Source: Trichoplax adhaerens
Taxonomy: Eukaryota; Animalia; Placozoa
DNA: 64,000 nucleotides
Direction of reading: 5' to 3'
NCBI RefSeq assembly: GCF_000150275.1
Contig: NW_002060946.1
Coordinates: 2,809,454 to 2,873,453 of the forward strand
Made by a program: the position numbers and the translations under genes. Under the pieces are notes generated by a model. That model did no database searches, had not been told where the DNA came from, and saw only the letters and a program-made list of their open reading frames with translations. Each line of letters opens with the position of its first letter. The stretch's first letter is position 1. Below, one piece after another: positions 40,848 through 53,275 of this stretch.

Positions 40848-43800
40848 GGTCTGATTAAAGATAGAATCATGTATTAATTCAATAAACATTTATAGCATCA
40901 GTCAATCAATTAATCGCCCTCTCTTACTATATTTACATTTTGGCGATGCTATCCAGCTGATCTCCTGACGTTGCTCTTTTGCATATTGTTTATACTTGCT
41001 GTACCTGGTACCAAATTAATTTATTATAGTGAATTTAGTTGAATTTACATGTTGAAGTGATGTATTATTAAGAATACCCGTATCATCAAATTAATATAAA
41101 GAGTAGAATTGGAGTAACTGATTACTCTTGTGAGACTGATTCCAATTAAACTCCATTTTTGGGAGGTAGAAAAATATTAAATTAATTCTTTTATGCTTGG
41201 GGTTGATTTAATAATATTTCAATTAATTATTTCTCCGATTGAAGCTCAATTATTTATTCCATAATGTTCTTTTCAAAATAAACTTAGGTTACATAATCAA
41301 GATAGGAATGCATTCTGTCAGATTTTATTGTAGTTATGCTTCCTTGCTGTGATCACTGAGTCCAGTTCGTGTAAGAGTTTAATATGCTTGAAGCAGAGTT
41401 ATGTAGTCAAAAGCAAGCATATTGGTTGCTCCTAGCTTTTAAAGTAGCAAAGTCTAGGCTACTAATATGTCACAAAATGCGGCCTCTTAATTTAATTGTC
41501 TTACCCAACGAAAATTTTCTGAGCGATAATTGCTCGCATTTAATGGGTATTCATTATAATAAAATCGAATTTTTTCAACACGCAATTATAAGCAAGGCTT
41601 CGAGCTTTATTTGAAAATGACTTAGGATGACTTTGACAGCATTTATTAAACAGTTTATATCTGAGTGAAGGAAAATAATGGACATTGTTTTTATATTCTG
41701 CGTTTGAAAATTAATTTCGATAAGTACAGTAGCATGAATATCTTAAGTTCACTGATAACTAGAGTTGAAAGAATGTAAAAAGATACTACAGATGCACGGT
41801 AATAGCTTAGATACTAATTCTTGGCTACAAGATATTAATTTTAAAGGAGTGAAAACTTTGATTTATATGGGCTTTTGTATTATGTAATAATTTTAGTAAT
41901 GCATCGAATTTTGTAACTTTCATCTATTCAAATCAAATGGACTCTTTCACAAAAGTTAATAACGGTTGATTAGGCTATTTTATTGAATTAATAATAAATT
42001 TGATGCAAAATAATGTTTCGTTAATTAAGTTTAACCTAAAGTTTACGAAAATATAGTATTTCCCTTCAAGTATCAAAAAATGAGCATAGTGAATAAAAAT
42101 TAAAATTACAAATTAGAATAGCAAAATATTTTTATACTAATGTATTAATCTAATAGACCAGCCCTTTGTGAAGTCTCTTCCACAAACAAACAACAAAGTC
42201 ATTAAGTCATTAAGATATTAGATCTAACTTGGAGAGTTATGAATGAAAAATATTGCCTTTGCCGTGAAAATCAGATAGAAATATTATTTATAACGACATA
42301 TATTGCGTTTATTATCGATACTTTTGGAAGCATTAACTCTACATCGAGACGAAGACTTCCCTTTGAGGTTCACAGTTCTGTACGCAGTATCATTACTAGC
42401 TCAGCAAATAATAACAATAATGCTGTTTCTAAAATTTCATTGGCTAGTCTTGTTAGCAGTTTTTACCACTTTTGAACTTTGAACTTTTAATCTAGAAAAT
42501 AACTTCAAAATATGATTATACTATAAATGGTCGTAACTTAGTATTTAATGGTAAATAGTATTTTCTTCATTTATTTCATTCTATAGAAACGATATTCATG
42601 ATAACGTTACAGCTCTCTTTCCCGTAGTTGTCGTATAGTTAAGTTTATAGTAAGTGAGTTTCAACTGATATTTACTATTGTAGCCAAGTAATTTGGAAGA
42701 GTTTGTCCGAAAGTCTTTCCGGAATAATTTTTGTAATACATTAATATTCGTGGCTGTCAATTTTTTTTGCGACTTATTGGTATAATTGTTGCCAAGAATA
42801 AATCAATATTTCTCATCCATCTGATAAGCCAATACATTTATGTTCGCAAATATATTATTAATAACGAAAGAATGAATGATTCTCTTCTTGTTTTAGTAAG
42901 TGATAGCTCTAGACGAAACTTGTAGCTAAGCAAGTTTCGATTATGTCTATATGGTATAGACGAAAATCTTACAGTAGTTTAGTTCTATACGAAATTTATG
43001 AATAATTCTATCCCAGCAATAATCAACTAATTTTGTTATAATTAATCAATAATTCTATATCATTAGTAAACAACTGACTTGTGCTTTTTTTAAATAATAT
43101 TTAGTATTGTTCTATAGGAACTTTTGTATTGCTTGGTGTTTAAAATGCCTACACACAGTGTCTCTTCGAGCAAGTTGATTATAAGACTAAACGAATAACA
43201 AAATAGGGCTCTCCCCTTCGTCCTCGCCCTTACACGCGACCGTAAAAGGAACTGCAGGGGTTGAAATGCGACCTAGAGACTTTTGTAATACGCCCTGCCC
43301 TGTGTGTACATTAATGCACAGACTGCCCAATATCGTGAAGTTACGTGGAATGCCTATTTCTAGTTTACTCTTAAATCTGATCTACAAATTTCTTCAATCC
43401 AATGGGTACTGTTAATACCTCGGATCCTGATTTATCTACAAATGGTGTAGTGTTATCTCCTGTGCTTTTAGTGTTTATATTTTTTGTGTTATATATTTTT
43501 ATTAACCGCCATGCAATAGTGCTGTAATCAGTAGCGCACTTTGCAACTGAGTAAACAATCTTTGATCGAATCACATACTTACAACATGCGCGTATAATGT
43601 TCTTCTAAAATATATCTTATGGCTAACATCCGAAATCAGTTATGCATGTAATAAAATAAAGGCAACGCAGCTACTTTACATTCATACTCTCTTTTAGTAG
43701 TTCCAGACTGTATCAGTACAAAATTCGTACTTATTGCAGACTTGTTATTTTTCTAGTCATTCTATTACAATGTGTTACTACAGAAACCGTACATTGTACT

Positions 43801-45512
43801 ACACTGTATAAAACCAATCATTCAGCTAATCTTAGACAGTATTGTATAGTGTATTATTTTAGAAGTACATTTCAGTTGAAATAACCAATGAAATAGTCAG
43901 CCCCACATGATGAGTACATCAAATGATCATTTCCTACCCCTCTCGTTCCTTTTAACTAATCCATTTCTCGCTCGCTATACTTTGCATACTATACTTATAC
44001 ATTTTACTTTACACTATCACTGTCAATAGGTCCAGGCAACATCTACAAATCATGATGATGGTGAGTTATCGGGTTTAGTAAAGCACCATTTTGAAGTTGA
44101 TCATTTCGTCTAATGGCGGACTGGTCAGATAATATATATATATACAGTATGTAAGGAGCTGGCACTTTCATAAAGTTCGTTTTATTTTTAGCCTAATTTC
44201 CGTATACGGAAAAGGTGCGCTCAGCCACGATAACATTTATGATTGTAGTCATTTCAGCTAATTACAGTAGGAACATGAAGTACAACAGCACCAGAAGTAA
44301 TTCTGTCACGTTATTTTGCTTAATTTTAATAGTCAGGTAGTGGATTGCAAACCTATGTTATAAATCCGTTTACCGCAGTACAAAGGTAAAAAAAAAAGAA
44401 AACTTTATTAGTTTTAGCTTTAAGGTAAACGTCATTTTTTCCATTTACAGCAACTCTATCTTTTCCCTTACTATGACGTCATAACCAGTAGTCAAGCGCT
44501 GTAACAACTTGAGTCCGTCAATACACTCACTGTATGTAGAGCCCTAGAGACATTTGCCACTAAATATACAGTATACTATTATTCAGAATGTAGCCATAGG
44601 GAGTACTCGTTCTTGTTCTTCACTGTGCTGTGTGTCTATGCCTAGAATACATTAGTAAACAGCAGCCTTATTTCATTGACTATTATTTTACGATTAATAA
44701 TCATTGTTATCCTTCAATTAGCTACTAATAGTGCTAGACTCTAGTCAATTAAGCTACAAGCTGTCATCATGCGTATTACCTACATGTACGCTGTATTCGA
44801 TACTGTTATTGGACCGTACGGTTGGTGGATGCGGACAGCGCAGTCGACAGACATGATTAACTTTTCATCTTTATTCAATGTCGGCAAAGGACTGACGTAA
44901 TATGTCGTATAATGGAATAGATGTTTGGGCTATTATTATTATTATTATTGAAAACTTTATAATCAGTCTTGTACAGAGTGTACAAGGCACCTTAATTCAG
45001 TTTTTCTTGTTCAGAATATCTCTTCAATTAAGGAAGGCTGAACAGACGTGAAAATATGCCGCGCAAGCAGATAAATAATACTCGATTTGAACAGCAGTAA
45101 AATCACAAGAACCAAGATTGTAAAGATTGTAAGCGAGATTGTAATCGATAATTTTCAATAGTTTGCTTGTTTAATGTATTGATGATAAGATTGAATACAC
45201 ACGGCTGATATAAGATAACGGTGGATCCAAATGATCTTAATGTTGATCAACTTGAATAAGCGAGAGAACTTTTCTCGCTTTTACACCATTCAATTTACGG
45301 GTTGAATGATCTAACTAGAGTACAGCAGTGGAATATCAATTTGTTGTGCGTGCATATCCTGTACAAGCTAATATGCCGACTGTTCATGAAAAATGAATTG
45401 GCTAAACGACCGGCAAAGCAGCCTGTAGTGGCTAATTATTCCTCTTTTAATTTTAAGTTGAAGAAACCCGTTAATTAACATGGAATAATAACAACGTGTC
45501 GTGGATGATGTC

Positions 45513-45810
45513 ATAGTCTCATTTAGGATAGTGGTTAGGGATGAAATGAATTGTTATTACTCGATCATCATTTTCATCTATCTCAAAACACTTATTTATA
45601 CCAGTCCTCGTTATGTACTTATGGCTGACTATGACTACCGGATCCGGCCACAATAATAACTGTGATAGTCTCATTTAGGATAGTCCTTAGGGTGAACTAA
45701 ATTGTTATCTACGTGTATATCATCATCTTAAAACGTTTGTTTACCCCCTACCTCATTATATAGTTATGACTGACTATAGCTATTAACACCGGATCTGGCA
45801 ACAATAATTT
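45513..45810 (+). repeat. ~150-bp tandem duplication (2 copies) upstream of MOX5
   Basis: atagtctcatttaggatagt at 45513 and 45665; both units end accggatc(c/t)ggc(c/a)acaataat. Confidence 0.85.
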
Positions 45811-46533
45811 TTAACCTGCACTAAACTCGGTCAGAAATCAACGACTCTGTATCTAGAAAGTATTGCACTGACGGTATATCATGTGAATCCCGTTTTGAAA
45901 CAACATGACTTGGTACACTAATACGATATGATAGTAAATTATATCGGCTTTCACACTTCTTGGCTACCGTAACAGTTCTGTACTGAATGCAGAAATGTGT
46001 GAGCTCTAATTGGGATTATTTCTAGGAAACTGAGACCCAATCTTAAGAAATCATGGCCGAAGATAATAGTCTTAATCTATCATAGGACAGGATACTTTAT
46101 TTTCATACTTGATATTTGTAGTTACAAGTTTTGACAAAAGTATGGGGTCTTCTTCAACTAGGAATATTTCGCTAGCATGATGTATCAGTCATGCCATATT
46201 CGTAGTACTGGGGCATTTGCTGAGTGTGTTAAAAAGTCGTAACATGCTCCAACTATTAGTCATAGTTTATAAAGCCTTTACTCGAAGGATTCTTTCCTAT
46301 ATTTAACCTTTACATAGGCTACAAGTTTATTCCTTCTAACCACTTCTGTTCCATTAGTAATATATTTTAGTTGCTATCGTTCCCAAATTGGCACAAGGGG
46401 CCAAGTTAATCTCTAACGCCAGACATTACGCGATATTGTAATAAAGCAATAAATCTAACTAAAGCTTTCAACTGTATCTACCAAATTTCACGTAACATAG
46501 ACATCACATTCCATTTTTTAGGTACATCCGAAA

Positions 46534-49500
46534 ATGCGCGTTATTACTCTTTTATTATTGTTTGCACTCATTGTCAATGTAGTGTACGCAGCTACTTTAA
46601 AAGATAGCTATGCTCATATTGCGACATTAGATGATAAAGGAAAGTACGTCATGTATTGGACTATGGACGATAAACTGAAGGTTATGCATGTCGCTATTAC
46701 GGTCCAAACTACTGGATGGATCGGCTTTGGAATTTCTCCTTATACTGGTAGAATGCCAGGATCAGATACTGTCATCGGTTGGGTGGATAACCAAGGGAAA
46801 ACCTACTTGCAGGTAAAAATAGTGACAACTTAACATCATAACTTAAATTTCAAGTCAAGTAACTCAATATTTAGAGATTCACTAATTGGTTTAAACTACT
46901 AAGTGTACAAAACATTTATATATACTTTAGTTACTATTCGTTTGCTATTTTAATGTATAAACCATAATTTTTATATCAAAATTATTACTATCGAACTTGG
47001 ATTACAGGATAGATATGCTACTGGTCATGTCGTTCCAACTTTGGATACTCAACAAGATTATACTTTGATAAGTGGTGAAGAAGCTAATGGAATGACTATA
47101 TTAAAATTTAAAAGAAAATACAATACTAGCGATAGTAGAGATTTACCGCTTGAAGTATGTTGTGAAGCATCATATTAGAATTATTGCTCGCAGAATTTAT
47201 AAAATAAAATAGAGACAATAATTAAATCCCAATACTATCATATCCGCATATTACTTTTACCTTATAATATTTTATATTTGGAGCCTTGGTTTACGGTCGT
47301 GGGCGTTTAATCTTAGTAGATATATACGACGGATCAGTTACGTCTTTACGGCTAATTTGGCGTCAAAGTAGTAATAGAGATAGTCATGCTAATATACTGA
47401 TTATATAAGTATTTGATCTATTTAAACGAAATATGGTATAGGGTGGTACCACAAGATTGATCTGGTCTTACCATAGTTCCGATCCTTCGTCACCGGAAGT
47501 CTACACAAAACATGAATACCAAGGAACTCGTAGCTTAAACCTTTTCAATACTCTTCCTGAAAAGGATAAACCACCAATGCCTAATGATACGAAGACCTTT
47601 GATGTCTTAGCAAAAAATGTAAGTGCTTTATAGTGTTTTCAATGTCTACGCTAGATTAATACGAGTAATAGGCAGAATGATTGCACAGTTTAATGCCAAT
47701 TTATAAATTCTATAAAATTAATTAATTGCAATTCTTTATAGCTATATGTAAAATACAATGCATTTGTTACGTTAACGCTTATTTCAGTAAATCTGTAATA
47801 CTTTTCTTATCAGAATAAAAAAAGACGCCTTTATTCATTGTTAGGTAACCATTCCTGCAGCAGCTACCACTTACTGGTGCACGGCTCTAAAGTTGCCTGA
47901 AGTCAATGGCACAGCACATGTAATTAGGGTAAGAAACGATCATAGTATTTTATATCAATTGAAAACATAGGTTCATTAATGAATATTACTTTTAATTCTA
48001 GTGTTAAAGAATGAGGTCTTTAGATGTAGTATATAATAATATCCTGAAATTAGCTATTCTGCGTGACTCTATTTAAGTGAATAAATGTAATGGTACTTGT
48101 TTTTATGGATGATACTAACAATTCCATTTCACCATTAAATTTATCAGTTGACACCAAAAATACAAAAAGGTAACGAAGGCCTAGTTCATCATATTCTTAT
48201 TTACGATTGCACCTTTGAAGAGCACCTCCATGGAACAAGTGAGGATTGTGACTCAGCTAACATGCCTGAAGGTTTGGGAGATTGCCGTGGAGCAACTTTA
48301 CTCGCTGCTTGGGCCGTGGGCGGTGAGGTAAAGTATTAGATTATTCAGGAATATTTTTGTGTGCTATTTTAACTAATAAAATGTCTCTCACTAATGTCGC
48401 TGGAAATAAAGCCATGCAGAAGGAGCGGTTATTAGAATTTACTAACGGTCATTAAATATGTAACTCCTGTAACTAGGATACATCCCTTCCTGCTCATGTT
48501 GGACTGCCATTAGGGGGGCTATACGGAACTAAATATGTCTTAATGGAAACGCATTATGATAATCCCAATTTACTGTCAGGTTAAGAACCTTTACTATCGC
48601 GTTTATTCGTACTACCATTTACGAGATACAATCTTAGCTGAAATTCTAACTGATTGAATTTTATATGTTTTAGGGGTAGTCGACGCATCTGGCATGACCT
48701 TTTATTATACTCATCAAAAACGGCAATATGACGCCGGTATTCTTGAAGTTGGAAGATCTGTAGGCCCTTTTCAAATGATACCTGAAGGATTAAAGACGTG
48801 GCAGACCATTGGATATTGTTCGGAAGATTGCACTCGAAGGGTATGTAATAACATCTTACTATTATTATATCACGCCTTTAATTAGTGTACTACTGGTATG
48901 TAATGAAAATCAGTATAGAATTTCATTAGTTCAAAATCAGATCTCATTTCGAAGAATTGTATAGTCGTTTCGGGTTCGCCAATAACGTACACATTCAGTT
49001 ATTACTGATTTAAAGTTATCACTTATTGTTTAAATGTTTTTCCTACGCTAAATATATAGAATCTGCCCGCTGCCGGTATTAATGTCCTGGGCGGAATGCT
49101 CCATACCCATTTAGCAGGTTAATATTGATTCTATGCTGTCTAACAAGATCGTATAGTGATACATACATTTATATCGGTATGATGTATACTCATATTCTCG
49201 AGTTCCGATTATATTTTGTGGGTTCATAAATTTTTGGCTGTGGTAGGTCGAACCTTAACGGTCAAACATTACCGTGACGGTAAAGAACTTGCAAATCTAG
49301 CGCATAATCCACATTATGATTTTAATTATCAAGATCTTATGTTTTATAAGCAGGAAATAAAAATCATGCCGGTAACTGTTATTTATTATTAGTTTATTTT
49401 ATTTTATGATGCAGCTACCGACTACGGAATTAATTTAGGAAGTTTTCTTAATATGCCAATTGTATAGGGCGATCAGTTGACCACGATTTGCGGTTATAAC

Positions 49501-50533
49501 ACTGAGGGAAGGAAGAAAGTTACTGTTGTAAGTTAACGCTAAAATTATATACTATTGAGATTCATTATACTTCGCTTAAAAATTAATGTTCTTACAGAAT
49601 CTCGAAATGAGCTTGATGCAATATAGAAAGTATTTATGTGACTCAAATATATATCTATCAGTTAATACATATAGAAAAGATGATCTAAGTACAATTGTGT
49701 AATATGGTAAAAATTTCAATACACGTCTTTATTTTTATGATGATAATGGAAAGGGGGGAATCGGTACGAAAGATGAAATGTGCCTCGGATTTTTTCTTTA
49801 TTATCCAAAACAAGAAATGTCTGTGTGTCTATCTTATGAGAATTATCTTCATATGGTCCCTTATATAAATGCGCTAAGAGCGTAAGTTCCATAACGTTCT
49901 CTGTTTTTATGCTACTGGAATCTTAAGTCAGTTATTTTTTCTATCATTATTAACATCGACATTAGTTTACATATGATATACACCGAAAAGAAATGTTTCT
50001 AACTGTTTTAAAAGAAACTGGTCGTAACTTGCTTTACTTTAACATTTGCTTACATGCCTTCTAATAGAGCTGGTCAAACAGCGCCATATAATGACTATCC
50101 TTCGAAGCCACCATATCTGTGGAACATTTTGAATAATATGACTATCGGGCACGGGAAGCTATTACATACGTTTCATGATCTGATGAAAAATATACAACCG
50201 TATCAGTATTGTGCTGCTCGAGATCATAAACTAATGCAGGAGGTAAGCTATCACTGTATGTAAAATGTTTATCTACAACAGCAGTGATAGCCAGTAAGAT
50301 GACGATCTATAACAAATTGTAGCATTTCTGAACATGATAAAGGCTCAATAAAAGCGTTTAAACATTTACTAATATTAATACTACTTGCACTTTAGAAAGA
50401 AACCATGCCGATTAAGAAATTCATAAGAACTTTGCCTCAAATGGAAATAGCGAATGATGCTAGAAGTATCAGCTATTCAGTTCTTCTAATAATATTTGTA
50501 TCAGCTGTAATTGACTTGCTTATAAGATCGTAA
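46534..50533 (+). CDS. MOXD1-like: MOX5: DBH-like monooxygenase, ~606 aa, 13 coding exons, predicted GPI anchor
   Basis: Exons 46534-46812, 47008-47154, 47442-47618, 47845-47928, 48148-48327, 48477-48579, 48674-48840, 49060-49117, 49247-49371, 49468-49527, 49754-49881, 50068-50242, 50396-50533. Open 1821-nt frame with LVHHIL, ETHYDNP, LHTHLAG, DEMC. Confidence 0.93.
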
Positions 50534-53275
50534 TACTGAATAGCATGGCGATAAATTATCTATGCATTAAGTTATACGGAAAACCAACCATGCATATGAT
50601 ATATAAACTATTTCATGTCATTAATCCGCCAAGCAATTTAATGGATTTGAATACCATGTAGACTTTCAGACTCTGAGTAAATAAGTAGTATAATTTAAAT
50701 AACCTTATTGGCAACGGCGGATTTTGACTATTCCTATTACTAAGAAAGGTGGCCATTACACCCACCTACATTAGTCTATGTAATGATATTGATTTCGGAT
50801 TTCTAGTCGATTTCCAATTTCAAATAACCTTTCACTCTTATTTTTTAACCTCAACAAGTATCAGTAGTGTTGGTTGTAATTTAATCCTAAGTTCTAAACT
50901 ATAATGCAACTAAACATCAATAACTATATTAGATGATAGCGCTATAATAAAATGATATTACAAATTGATACATAATTTTCGGGTGTAATTTTTTTCTATA
51001 TTGCTAACTAGCTATTTGACATTTTATTATTTTAGAAACCCTTATAGCTAGTGCATGTCATTTATACAATATTTACTGCATCAGCTAATATACCTAAGTA
51101 GAGCATATTATCGATGTACATTACTCTATAGCATTAAGTAATACAAGAAAGTCCTAAAGTGATGCATACAATTTATTAAGCTATTCGATTGCTATCTGAT
51201 ATTTTGAAAACGATAGTGTCACAAAACAGCTTTGCAACAAGATAACGTAATATACGATCAATAAGTCAATTCCTTGAACCACGTATCAAGGAACGATATC
51301 TGCACTATCACAAACACTTTTGCTCTACTAGCAGACTACACAAAGACTTAAACGCCTCGTATTTTACGTTAAACACTAATTTGGACAATTCTTCTTTATT
51401 TCACGATATACTGCATTTATATACTATTCCTCAATAGTTCATGAGTCATAGTTAATACAATTAACATTAGAATTATTTACTGAATTAGATATTAATTTTA
51501 GCTACTGCTCCCTTAATGCAGACAACAGTATTTACGAACATAGACATGTAATGACTAATACAGAATAGTCAGATTACGATACGTCCTATCACGGAACATT
51601 TCCATGATAATTTACAGTCTACCATAAGTAAATTACAATCACAATGATTCGAACTGTAAGTAGATGATTTGCATTACCTATTATAACTATTAATTTCAGT
51701 ATGTGTATAAGTGTCACTGTCATAAAAAGTCAGTGCTATATTAAAACACAGTATATCCAAATTAGAAGTTAACTAAATAAGGATAGTCTAACAGAATTAT
51801 CCTAACATAGTTATTTCTACTGTAATACAGTATTTAATACTGTAACAACATAATATATTCACATCAAACTAATTATTATTCGTAATAAAAAGACTTTGGG
51901 TACCGATAGTATTTATACGTAGAATCATACGAAAGATTTCATTTCCGGAGAACTTTACAGGTTCCTTTCTAGTCAATGCTTTAGGGTTTACCACTTTACA
52001 CTATCGCGCTGAGAGCTCTAATATACTGTAGAGGGATCTTGACTCTGCAACAAGCACCTACTAGGAAATGTAGCCCCTGCTGGCTATAATGTAACTAAGA
52101 CTATGTGGTGTGACTGATTGCTACGAAGCTGTATGACATTTAATTGCCAATAGCAAGTGGGTTATATTTGAGTTCTCATTGAATAAATAGCATAGTCATT
52201 CATCAACATTTAAATGCTACTTTCGGATCATACTACGGTTCTGTGTGAACTATTCGTATTGTAGTAGCATACTAATCTGTATTTTCATATAGATTCATGA
52301 ATGTATCTCATTCTTGTTGTTCAATCATCTGAATAATCACATGATAAAAGCAAATGTGACCTTTGTCATATTTAGATATCTGTAATAGCCTGGTAGTATG
52401 ATGAAACACCTTGCTTTCGACACTTATATGGCTCTGGATTTAATAAACAATCAATATTTTATGATACTGGATAAGCGTTAATGTAGTAGAATTAGGATTG
52501 TTTAAATTCAGTCTCATTATAGATCGTTTTATCTTGAATAATAGTTGTCATAGTAGTTATATAATACTTCTAGTGACATCACTAGAAAACATCTATGGAA
52601 CCGCCTGAATCAGGCGAAAGAGTATAAACCATCCAAATTTAATCACGTTACAGGGCTATCGTCTAGCAGTCGAACTAAAATAAGAAAATTTGAACTACTT
52701 GGTAAGCTTTGATTTAGTTTCTTAATTATTGCAATTGTAATTATTAATACTTAATACCTTAAAAAAATGTTAAGGTAAGGAGTATTAAAATTCTATTAAA
52801 AATTCGATTACATTTTGGATATCCATTCCAGCCTAAAGATGGTATCAATAGTGATTAAAATGAAGAATGGTTGTTCCATAAAATATGAAGTTATAAGTCA
52901 TTACAAATTATTACTGTTTTTCGTAGTTTGCTAATAAAATTAAAGAAAATATGACTTCATTTTCAACAAAGGTTAAAAGATAGGTGCGATAGTAAACCTT
53001 AAAAATGAGGAATTACGGTGCTGCGATAGTCATTTTCACACCCTATACTCTAAATAATTAGTACAAAAATCTCCAGATAGGCCTACCTCGTTGAAGATAA
53101 TAATTTAATTTTTAACCTATTACCAGTAAATGCTACCATTAGAATCAGTATTATATCTAGCTAATATTATAATTATTGCTGTTATAGTATCTTATTTAGC
53201 GTCTAAGGCACGTATTGAATTCAATACATTAATTGTTCTAATTTACTTTCTTGAAGCTGACTTCTAGCGAAAAAA

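Noticed and set aside
41384-43574. Short ORFs at 41384, 42239 and 43371
   Set aside because: No domain signature or exon chain; low-information AT-rich translations.
44990-45400. Short hydrophobic minus-strand frame (FTILVLVILLLF) suggesting a membrane-protein relic
   Set aside because: Interrupted by stops, no family motif; cannot be supported without tBLASTn/HMM search.
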